Assembly: GCA_964249935.1 (NCBI GenBank)
Contig: CAXUEG010000007.1
Location: 1 to 32,352, forward strand
DNA: 32,352 nucleotides
Reading direction: 5' to 3'
Source: an uncultured Terriglobus sp.
GTDB lineage: Bacteria > Acidobacteriota > Terriglobia > Terriglobales > Acidobacteriaceae
Under the pieces are notes generated by a model. It was not told the origin of the DNA. It saw only the letters and a list, made by a program, of their open reading frames with translations, and made no database searches. Below are positions 18,197 to 26,260 of the stretch, in pieces. How positions within the stretch are numbered: position 1 is the stretch's first letter; every line of letters starts with the position of its first letter. The translations under genes were made by a program, and so were the position numbers.

Positions 18197-18779
18197 AGGG
18201 TTTGCCGGCGTAACGATTGGCTCCTTTTTCGTTCGGTTGATCCTTGTCCTTCTGCTCATGGCTGGAGTTTTTCTGTTCCTGAACCGAGGTTGGTTCGGGA
18301 CCTACGCCGCTCAGTTCCGGGCACCAGACGGCAGGACCGCGGCCGGTACGTGGGTGGGAGTACTTGAAGCCACAGGTGCCGATGGCCAGGCTCTGCCGGG
18401 CAAAGCCGCTGCCATCACTCTGATCCTCAAGCTTCAGGATGCCTTTGTGCAGCGATACACGGGGAGCGGAGAACTCTGCGTGGCGGATGAGCCGGCTGCG
18501 CGCGCGATTTCAGATGTCAATCTCTCGATTGATTCAAGTCAGCAGCTTTCAGGCCACGTGGGAGAAGATCCGGAGCGGGTTCCCCAAGCGCTTTACCACA
18601 CCGTTGCTGGAAAGTTCACACCAGATAAGATCGATTTCTCCCGTTTTACCTTCCCGACACATGATGTATTGCATCATCCGTCTTACTCATCAAGCGGTAT
18701 GTTGCATGTCGGCTCAAAGGCCGAGTACGAGAAGTTGTGCTCGCAGCTGCGTGAAAGCAGAGAATATTCGAAACCCTAA
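18186..18779 (+). CDS. Hypothetical N-terminally membrane-anchored protein
   Basis: Hydrophobic segment FFVRLILVLLLMAGVFLFL, then a beta-rich soluble domain with two Cys (AAGTWVG...). Lies between vgrG and the repeat protein. Confidence 0.65.
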   Translation: MPFRGFAGVTIGSFFVRLILVLLLMAGVFLFLNRGWFGTYAAQFRAPDGRTAAGTWVGVLEATGADGQALPGKAAAITLILKLQDAFVQRYTGSGELCVADEPAARAISDVNLSIDSSQQLSGHVGEDPERVPQALYHTVAGKFTPDKIDFSRFTFPTHDVLHHPSYSSSGMLHVGSKAEYEKLCSQLRESREYSKP

Positions 18780-18794
18780 AGTACGGAGGGATCC

Positions 18795-19856
18795 ATGGCT
18801 GAAGAAGGTAAGGACATCGTAGAAGACGAATCTCCGCAGAAGCTGGGCTTCATGGGCACCTTTAACAAGGTGATCCAAACGATCTCAACTCCGGATGGGG
18901 CCAACAAAGACAACGCGAACGCAGCATTCAAGGTCATTCAGGCAAGGGCGCTGCACTCTGTGTCTGCCATACCAACAGTACGTGGTGGACATGGACAGCA
19001 TCGGATCCGGGGAAACTCATACCAGGTCATTACCGGCAATCGAGGCATGATCATCGGAGGAGACGACCTCTTGTCGGTAGCGGGAGAGCAGACAGAAGTC
19101 ATCAAGGGTAAAGCGGAGTTTCTCTACCAGGATGACCGCAATCAAGCCACCATGGGAGATGAAGAATGGGTCGTCAATAAGACTCGCCAGTGCTGGGTCA
19201 TCGGACAAAGCACCGACAACTTCATTGACAAGCACGACACCAATGCGCCCGAATCTTTCGAGTGGAAGCACAAGGAAAGCAGCTTCATCGCAACGATCAA
19301 TGAGAACTGCTACTTCGGCAACAGCCTGTATGCCATGAAGACGGAGATCGGTATCGTCGACAATGACCTGAGTCTTACCGGCATCAGCTTCGACAAGTTA
19401 CACGTGAAGGCGGAAGAACTCGTCTCCGGCGTCAAGGAAGCTTTGGAGGATGAGGCCGTAACGGAAGCGCTGGAGAACCCGGAGACCGCATCACAGGCGC
19501 TGATGTGGACGACGGAAGCGTTAACCGCAACCGCCGGGGTAGCTGCCGGTGCAAAAAACTGGATCGGCGACGAGGCGGGCAAGGCCAAAGATTGGGTCGA
19601 GGGCGCGGCCAGTAAGACCTGGGCAACCGTCAAGGCACATCCGGTGGGTGCCGCTGTCGTCGGAGTATCGGCTGTGGGTCTCGCGGTTGCTTCCGTCTTC
19701 GTCGGTCCGGAGGCAGAAGCTTTAGAGGTGCCGATTGCCGGAGCAGCTCTGGGGGAGGGCGCAACCGCGACAACGGCCGCAACCAGCGCAACCGCGGCGA
19801 CGGCAGCTGCGCCGGCAATTGGACCCTGGGGGCCTGCACTTGCGCCGGCTTACTGA
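18795..19856 (+). CDS. gp5-like octapeptide beta-helix repeat protein with hydrophobic C-terminal extension
   Basis: Strong RBS GGAGG. About ten 8-residue repeats (HRIRGNSY QVITGNRG MIIGGDDL LSVAGEQT EVIKGKAE ...). C-terminal PVGAAVVGVSAVGLAVASVFVG and an Ala/Thr tail. Confidence 0.75.
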   Translation: MAEEGKDIVEDESPQKLGFMGTFNKVIQTISTPDGANKDNANAAFKVIQARALHSVSAIPTVRGGHGQHRIRGNSYQVITGNRGMIIGGDDLLSVAGEQTEVIKGKAEFLYQDDRNQATMGDEEWVVNKTRQCWVIGQSTDNFIDKHDTNAPESFEWKHKESSFIATINENCYFGNSLYAMKTEIGIVDNDLSLTGISFDKLHVKAEELVSGVKEALEDEAVTEALENPETASQALMWTTEALTATAGVAAGAKNWIGDEAGKAKDWVEGAASKTWATVKAHPVGAAVVGVSAVGLAVASVFVGPEAEALEVPIAGAALGEGATATTAATSATAATAAAPAIGPWGPALAPAY

Positions 19857-19881
19857 GGACAAAGCAGAGGCGAACCAATCT

Positions 19882-20793
19882 TTGGAACCGGCGCATTCCC
19901 AGCCGCTGGAGATCGCAAACCGGCGTCCGCGGCTGTCGCAGGCGCCGACCTTCGCGCCGTGGGTCATGGCTCCGGAAACTTCGATCGCCGGCTCATCGCT
20001 CTTCTGGTTACCGGTCAGCGGCTTCCCGCTGCGGCTCGCGGAAAAGCAATGGCTGCTGTTGTTTCTGGAGCGCTTTGCGGCAGCGCTGACTGCCTCGCAA
20101 ATGCTCCGCTGCGAGCAGTTCATGCAGCAGCATGAGATCTGTGGGCCGTTGCATCACGCCTACCATGCATATAAGCAGCACTGCATCGTGTACCCCGGCT
20201 TGGGGCGCTTCATGAGCGGTGGCGCGAGCCTGTTTCCGCAAGACGGCGCGCCGTCCATGACACGGGAACCGGAAATGCCGGAGCGGCGCCTGGGCCGCAA
20301 CCTGCTCTGGTTTGCCAACAAGCAGCCTGTGCCGCAACGCGAGCTGTTCCTGGGCTACGGTGGTTTTCTTGCATTGTTTTTGCCCCGGGATCCGAAGCCG
20401 ATGTTGCGTGCCACATCGGTCCCGCCCATCACACCAGCGTTGCGTGCGGCGCACCCGGCGCTGCAACGGTTCGATGTGGAGCAGATCGTGAGCGGGACTG
20501 CCGCACGTCTGGAGTCCTGGCTCGCACAAAGCAAGACGCTGTTCGCAGCGGACCTTGTCAGCCGCGCGGAACTGCGCAGGATGGACTTCGTGCTGCCGCT
20601 GCTGGACAGCGCCTCAATCTTCGCCGCCCCACCCGAGGAACGTGCCAACTGGTTCGAGTGCTTCGACGTCTACCTTGGCGAGAGCAGGAAGGACAGAGGC
20701 CTGGTCCTGTTCTTTCAAAAACCAGAGTATCGGCAGCATCTGCTCGACGTATTAGCGGCGATGCCGCCCAGCGAAGCAGAAAACAGGAGATAG
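19882..20793 (+). CDS. Hypothetical protein, paralog A
   Basis: The frame is open from 19735 but overlaps the upstream CDS, so the start is likely TTG 19882 or ATG 19966. Shares motifs with the next ORF (FPL, KxLF, FxxPLLD, DVYxxESxxDxG). Confidence 0.7.
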   Translation: MEPAHSQPLEIANRRPRLSQAPTFAPWVMAPETSIAGSSLFWLPVSGFPLRLAEKQWLLLFLERFAAALTASQMLRCEQFMQQHEICGPLHHAYHAYKQHCIVYPGLGRFMSGGASLFPQDGAPSMTREPEMPERRLGRNLLWFANKQPVPQRELFLGYGGFLALFLPRDPKPMLRATSVPPITPALRAAHPALQRFDVEQIVSGTAARLESWLAQSKTLFAADLVSRAELRRMDFVLPLLDSASIFAAPPEERANWFECFDVYLGESRKDRGLVLFFQKPEYRQHLLDVLAAMPPSEAENRR

Positions 20794-20795
20794 TG

Positions 20796-21575
20796 GTGCA
20801 CACTGTCCACAACATTCCGTCGCCGAATCAACGGCGGGAGATACAACTGGAGCTACATGGTGTAAGCGCACCTTTGCCGTGGCAGGCCGTCCTGCTTTCC
20901 CTTGGGGAGTTCCCGCTCAAGCCGCCCCGGTACGGCGTGATTCGTCATTTCTTCGATCTGCTGGCCGACGTCTTGACCGGTGATCACGGAATGCAGCAAG
21001 AGGTCCTGCTCCAGATGTGGAAGCTTGCACCGGCTACTGGAGCAGAGCTGGTGAGCAAGCACGGCTCTTTGTGGCAGCCCGAGCTCGGCCTTGGTGTGTG
21101 GCCCGATCGCGAGCCGCCCCGGAGCTGGTCACAGCAAGCGATGCAGGACGCGGTCGCCGCCGAGTTTCGCGGAGATGAGCCCGCAAAGCCTTTTTACAAA
21201 CTGTTTCGGCTCACAGCAGAGGAGTCCCGCGCACAAGCGGCAAGCACAATGCGCGGTCTCGGAGTTCAGATCCAGGCGTTTACTTCTGTGGGTAGCGACA
21301 CCGTGTTACAGCGCGGGAAGGAACTCTTCCTGCCTGTCATCCAGGATGAGCGCTTTCGCAAGGAGCGGTTTTATTTTCCTCTGCTCGACGTAAATACGGT
21401 CAGCACTGCTCAGGTCGCAGAGCGTTTGGACCTGTGCCTCTGCGGAGTAGATGTTTATATCCGCGAGAGTGCAGAAGACAAAGGGATACTAATCGTCTCC
21501 AGGCTGCCGCTTGAGCCCCTCTTTGCAGAAGTCAGGCAACGTTCGCTGCGGTCCGTGTCTGAACAGAGCGCGTAG
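20796..21575 (+). CDS. Hypothetical protein, paralog B
   Basis: GTG 20796 with AGGAG 6 nt upstream, right after the paralog A stop. Shares motifs with paralog A. Confidence 0.7.
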   Translation: MHTVHNIPSPNQRREIQLELHGVSAPLPWQAVLLSLGEFPLKPPRYGVIRHFFDLLADVLTGDHGMQQEVLLQMWKLAPATGAELVSKHGSLWQPELGLGVWPDREPPRSWSQQAMQDAVAAEFRGDEPAKPFYKLFRLTAEESRAQAASTMRGLGVQIQAFTSVGSDTVLQRGKELFLPVIQDERFRKERFYFPLLDVNTVSTAQVAERLDLCLCGVDVYIRESAEDKGILIVSRLPLEPLFAEVRQRSLRSVSEQSA

Positions 21576-21931
21576 AGAAATTCTTCATGATCTCTTGGAA
21601 GAGCAGGCACGTCCGGGTTCGAGCCGGGGACCTCTGCATGTCGCAACTCTTAGCTGAGGGAATCTCTCACCTTACGGGCACTGGGCGATACTTAGGGCGT
21701 CGGAAGTCATCCGAGTAAGAAACGATCATGTCGGCATTCTTCCGAATTTCGCCTGGCTGGAGCCGTGCTGCCATGGGATCCGGCAAACTCGATTGTCCGC
21801 ATTGGAGCCGGTGCGCTCACTCCCTCTCATAGCTGTGAACAAATCACCGGCATAGCGCCGAATGAGTTACGGAATCTGCATCGTTAGTCGTAGATCGCCG
21901 ACTTATGATCCGAGATAACACCGGTTCATGC

Positions 21932-23221
21932 TCAGTGAACCGCCACGGCGAACAGGCCGGCGCCGCAGAGCAGGTAAATGCCGGCAGTCGCACTTATGGC
22001 GATGCTCATGCCGAAATGGTGCGCGAGCAGCGCGATCAGAACTGGTGCAGAGCCGCCGCCCAGCCATCCCAGCGAGTTCATCCATCCTACCGCGGCTCCA
22101 CGCCGGCGCAGCGGTATCACGTCGTAGAGGGAAGCCCAAAGATTCGCGTCGTACAGCCCCTTGAAGAAACCAAATCCCACCAGCATCGTCAGCAGCACGG
22201 GCACGACTCTTGTTTGCCCCACCAGAAACAGAAAAGGCACACCGGACAACAAGCCGATGGCCTGGACCAGCATGCGGCTCCGGCTCTTCCGTCGTGTGCT
22301 CCGCTTCACGATGAGGTCCGCAAGTAGTCCGCCGCAAAGAACGCCGACTACCGATGAGACTTGCAGAAACGCCGTTCCATTGAAGCCCGCTGCCGCAAGA
22401 CTCATATGGAACTTTTCGAAAAGAAAGGTCGGAAGCCAGGCTAAAAAGACGACCGCCACAAAATTCGCACCGACAAAGACCGCGATCAACGTTAAGAAGA
22501 GCGGGTTGCTGAAGAAATCCCGCAACAGCATGACCCAGCCTGTGGTTCCGGTCTGCGTAGCAGTCGATGCAGATATGCGCACAGCCACCGGCATGGCATC
22601 TTCCGCTGCTTCGAGTATTCCGACATCGTCAGCCGCGCCGCGCACCGGCTCGCGGATAAAGGCCCAGAGCAAGACACCGAGTCCTATGCCGAGTACACCA
22701 AAGATAACGAAGGCCGGCCGCCACCCGTACACCTGGCCCAGGTAGCCGGAGGCAGCACCTCCGGCGATGCTGCCGGCATACACACTGGATTGGTGCAGAG
22801 CCATGGCGCGGGAGCGTGTCGCCGCGGAATGGTAATCGGCGATCAGAGACATGCACGCAGGAAAGTAAAAAGCCTCGCCCAATCCGCCTAAGGCACGACA
22901 GGCTACCAGCTGTGGGTAGCTCCCGGTGGCCGCGGTCATGGCTGTCACCAGTGACCAGAAGATCAGAGCGCCAAGCACGATTGCCTTGCGAGGCGCGCGG
23001 TCGCAGAGCCAGCCTGCGAAAGGGCCGAATAGTGCATACATCCACATAAAGGACGAGCCCACGATGCCGAGCTGTACCGTGGATAGGTGAAACTCGTTCC
23101 GCAAAAGCGGAAAGATAGAAAACACTGCCTGCCGGTCCGCATAGTTGAAGAAGCAGACGAACCAAAGCATGCCGACCAGCGCCCAGCGATACGCCGGGTG
23201 AGTCACTGTGGTGACGCGCAC
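21932..23221 (-). CDS. MFS transporter (sugar-acid/Spinster-like)
   Basis: FFNYADRQ, GWLCDRAPRK (MFS motif A), CRALGGLGEA, YGWRPAF and about 12 hydrophobic segments. Confidence 0.93.
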   Translation of the reverse strand: MRVTTVTHPAYRWALVGMLWFVCFFNYADRQAVFSIFPLLRNEFHLSTVQLGIVGSSFMWMYALFGPFAGWLCDRAPRKAIVLGALIFWSLVTAMTAATGSYPQLVACRALGGLGEAFYFPACMSLIADYHSAATRSRAMALHQSSVYAGSIAGGAASGYLGQVYGWRPAFVIFGVLGIGLGVLLWAFIREPVRGAADDVGILEAAEDAMPVAVRISASTATQTGTTGWVMLLRDFFSNPLFLTLIAVFVGANFVAVVFLAWLPTFLFEKFHMSLAAAGFNGTAFLQVSSVVGVLCGGLLADLIVKRSTRRKSRSRMLVQAIGLLSGVPFLFLVGQTRVVPVLLTMLVGFGFFKGLYDANLWASLYDVIPLRRRGAAVGWMNSLGWLGGGSAPVLIALLAHHFGMSIAISATAGIYLLCGAGLFAVAVH

Positions 23222-23223
23222 GG

Positions 23224-24009
23224 TTACAGACCCGTGCTGGTGTGATGGACGCTGAAGAAAGCGGGGGTCGTTTGCCTCAGGGTATGCTCACGCCGCCAGT
23301 AGTCGTACTCCTGCAGCCGCTCGTGCTGGCTGGCGCGGATGTGTTCTGAGATGGCCTGCATGGCGCGCGCGGCGTCCTGGTCTAACACGGCGTCCAGAAT
23401 GTCTTGATGATATTTCTGAATGCTCTTGAGGGCCGCGACATCATGGCCACGACGGCGAATGGAAAAGACGCTGATGAGCAGTCGTGTCTCGTTGATGATT
23501 TTCTGCAATCGCCCGTTGTGGGTCATGCTCATCAGCAACGCATGAAAGTTCAGGTCGCATGTGAGGAAGCGTCGCATCTGTGCTTCGTTCAGCGCGCTTT
23601 CCTTTGATTTCTGCAGTTCTTTTTGCAACGCGGCGATGCCGTCGATCAGAGTCTGAAGGCGGCTCCGGTCATCGGCCTGCAGGGCTACGGTAGCCACCCG
23701 GCCAACAGCGTAAACCTCAAGGGCCTCCCGGAGCTCATAAAGCTCGATAATGCTTTCACGCGTCACCTGGGCTACCAGCATGCCTCCGCCCGGCGCCTGC
23801 TCCAGCAGGCCCTCGGCCGCGAGTTGGTTCATGGCTTCGCGGATCGGCGTGCGACTGCTGCCCAGATCCTTCGCCAGCTGCAGCTCAGAGATCGCAGAGC
23901 CGGCACCAAGCTGCCCGCCCGCGACCATTTGCTGGATGTGCAGGTAGGCGCGTTCCCGCACGGATGTATCGCGTTTTGCAGCAGATTTCGATCCCGGGCG
24001 GCGCTTCAT
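23224..24009 (-). CDS. GntR family (FadR/FCD-type) transcriptional regulator
   Basis: wHTH ISELQLAKDLGSSRTPIREAMNQLAAEGLL, ELYELREALE, DLNFH and H residues of the FCD domain. Start uncertain (24009, 24051 or 24105). Confidence 0.92.
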   Translation of the reverse strand: MKRRPGSKSAAKRDTSVRERAYLHIQQMVAGGQLGAGSAISELQLAKDLGSSRTPIREAMNQLAAEGLLEQAPGGGMLVAQVTRESIIELYELREALEVYAVGRVATVALQADDRSRLQTLIDGIAALQKELQKSKESALNEAQMRRFLTCDLNFHALLMSMTHNGRLQKIINETRLLISVFSIRRRGHDVAALKSIQKYHQDILDAVLDQDAARAMQAISEHIRASQHERLQEYDYWRREHTLRQTTPAFFSVHHTSTGL

Positions 24010-24134
24010 GCTCGATTCCACGGTATCACCGTTATCGACGGGCGTAGACATCGGCCACGCGAAGACTGGGCAGCTGGCTCGCGCGTAAGCAGGATACGGC
24101 GTCATGCAGATTCTTATACATCGCCCATGTCTTA

Positions 24135-24167
24135 ATGTCGACAGTAAGGCGACATACCGTGTATAGT
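24135..24167 (+). promoter_or_regulatory. Candidate GntR operator overlapping a sigma70-like promoter
   Basis: ATGTCG-N9-CGACAT inverted repeat (24135-24155) containing the TGTCGACA palindrome. TCGACA-N18-TATAGT in the divergent intergenic region. Confidence 0.55.
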
Positions 24168-24191
24168 CGGCCTGTCTTCAGGAGCCTCGCA

Positions 24192-25295
24192 GTGCATTTT
24201 CTCTTGCCGGTTCGCTTTGCCTGCCTCATCTCACTCACGTTTTTGCCGTGGTGCGTAGCGCGCGCCCAGGTCGCTTCTGAACTCATCTTCGCCATCGGTT
24301 CCACCAGCTTTCCGTCAAGCCACGCCTCCACCGTCGTGGAGCTGCGCGATGGCAGTGTGATGTCCGCCTGGTTCGGCGGCACGGCGGAGGGCAAGCCGGA
24401 TGTTGCGATCTGGAGTGCGCGCCGCGGCAACGATAGCTGGGCAGTTCCGGTGGAGCTGGTGCGAGAGCCCGGCACGCCGTGCTACAACCCGGTGCTGTTC
24501 TACACAAAAGATGGGCGCCTGTGGATGTATTACAAGTTCGGACCGACCCCAGCCACCTGGAGCGCTGGCCGCATCTTCAGCCGCGATGATGGGCGGACCT
24601 GGTCGGCGCCGGAGCATCTTCCGGCCGGCCTTCTCGGCCCCATCCGCACCAAGCCGTTGGTACTCACCGACGGTACGATCGTGAGCGGCTCGTCCATCGA
24701 AAGCTATCGCACCTGGGCGGTCTGGATCGAGCGCAGCACAAATGGTGGCGCCACCTGGGCAAAGATCGGTCCGATTGTTCCACCGGCAGATCTGGACCGG
24801 CAAGGTTACGGGAACGGCCGCGACACGGGCACCGCCGATGTGCCCGGTTCAACGGATTGGAAATTTATCCAGGGCATCATCCAGCCCTCGGTCGTACAAA
24901 GAGGCGGGACGAACCTGCGCCTGTATGCCCGGTCCACCAGCAAGACGGCGCGAGTTACTGTGGCGGACTCTGCCGACGACGGCCTTACCTGGACCCAGGC
25001 GAGGCCGCTGGACGTTCCGAATCCAAACTCCGGCATTGACGCTGTATCGCTGCGCGATGGTCGCGTGGTGCTGATCTATAACGACTCCACCACGGCGCGC
25101 ACACCACTCAACCTGGCGGTAAGCACAGATGGTGAACACTTCCATATGTTCCGTACGCTTGAAAACACGCCGGGCGAGTACTCCTATCCAGCCTTGGTGC
25201 AGGCTGCCAATGGCGACCTGCTGATGACGTATACCTATAACCGCAAGACGATCAAGTACGTTCGGCTCGCGCTGACCGACATACCCCGCAGCTAA
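24192..25295 (+). CDS. Secreted BNR/Asp-box (sialidase-fold, BNR_2) protein
   Basis: GTG 24192 after AGGAG, signal peptide ending ARA-Q. SHASTVVEL, Asp-boxes SRDDGRTW, STNGGATW and SADDGLTW, PNPNSG, RTPLNLAVS, YSYP. Confidence 0.88.
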   Translation: MHFLLPVRFACLISLTFLPWCVARAQVASELIFAIGSTSFPSSHASTVVELRDGSVMSAWFGGTAEGKPDVAIWSARRGNDSWAVPVELVREPGTPCYNPVLFYTKDGRLWMYYKFGPTPATWSAGRIFSRDDGRTWSAPEHLPAGLLGPIRTKPLVLTDGTIVSGSSIESYRTWAVWIERSTNGGATWAKIGPIVPPADLDRQGYGNGRDTGTADVPGSTDWKFIQGIIQPSVVQRGGTNLRLYARSTSKTARVTVADSADDGLTWTQARPLDVPNPNSGIDAVSLRDGRVVLIYNDSTTARTPLNLAVSTDGEHFHMFRTLENTPGEYSYPALVQAANGDLLMTYTYNRKTIKYVRLALTDIPRS

Positions 25296-25321
25296 ACCGG
25301 AAAGCGAGCGAGCGAGCCACC

Positions 25322-26218
25322 ATGAAGAACAAGCGATTTCAGGGCGTCTACGCAGCAGTACTCACGCCACGACGTGCCGACGGCACGCTGGACCTGGCCG
25401 CTCTTCGGTCGTTGCTGCACTTCCTGCGAGCCCGTGGTATTACCCGCTACGCGATCAACGGTGCTACCGGAGAATTTTGCCTGACCACGCCCGAGCAGCT
25501 GCGGGAGCTTCTAGAGGCGGTGCGTGCGGAGAGCGGGCCTGCCGCAGAGATTTTGTGCGGTGTCGGCGCCGCAGGTACCGCGGGCGCGGAAGCCCTGGTG
25601 CGGGTCGCGGAAGAAGCAGCAGTGCAGGGAGTGCTCTTGCCAATGCCTTTCTTCTTCTCATACAGCCAGGATGACCTTGCCGCATTCTGCTCCACCATTG
25701 CGGCCGGGACCAGACTTCCCATCCTCCTCTACAACCTGCCGCAATTCGCAACCGGGCTTGACGCCGCAACCGTGTGCGACCTGGTCCGACAGGTGCCGAA
25801 CGTGGTTGGCGTGAAGGACTCCAGCGGATCGCTTGCAATCGTCTCTGCGCTTACGGCGCAGGAGCCGGAGGCGTGCCGCATTCTGGGCAACGACGCCGTG
25901 CTTGCCGCTTCACTGGAGGGTGGCCTGTGCGACGGGGTCGTATCTGGCGTGGCTTGTGTGCTGCCGGAGATGATCTGCGCCCTTTATGCAGCGCCAACGA
26001 CAACGCCCGCATTTGCAACGCTTGCTGCGGAACTGGAAAAGTTTGTCGAGGAGCTTAACTCCTTTCCGACACCGTGGGGGCTGAAGTGGGCCGCTGAGGA
26101 ACGCGGCGTGCTGCAGGCGCGGTTTGCTCAGCCCGTCTCCCCACAGCGGGCGCTTACGGCGCAGGCGTTCCGCTCCTGGTTTCGCGGCTGGTTACCATCC
26201 ACTATCGCCGTCCGATAA
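25322..26218 (+). CDS. DHDPS/NanA-family class I aldolase/lyase
   Basis: GVYAAVLTP, NGATGE, LLYNLP and the Schiff-base Lys in GVKDSSG. Confidence 0.9.
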   Translation: MKNKRFQGVYAAVLTPRRADGTLDLAALRSLLHFLRARGITRYAINGATGEFCLTTPEQLRELLEAVRAESGPAAEILCGVGAAGTAGAEALVRVAEEAAVQGVLLPMPFFFSYSQDDLAAFCSTIAAGTRLPILLYNLPQFATGLDAATVCDLVRQVPNVVGVKDSSGSLAIVSALTAQEPEACRILGNDAVLAASLEGGLCDGVVSGVACVLPEMICALYAAPTTTPAFATLAAELEKFVEELNSFPTPWGLKWAAEERGVLQARFAQPVSPQRALTAQAFRSWFRGWLPSTIAVR

Positions 26219-26260
26219 CGCCCACCTCTCCACACGTCTTTGTTTTCGCGAGGCTCCGCC

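Noticed and set aside
19735-19881. Upstream start for paralog A (likewise 20658 for paralog B)
   Set aside because: These overlap the preceding CDSs and read as off-frame low-complexity sequence. Better starts with RBS-like sequences lie downstream.
25322-26218. Calling this gene dapA or nanA
   Set aside because: The family is clear but substrate specificity cannot be determined from motifs. The catabolic context argues against dapA.
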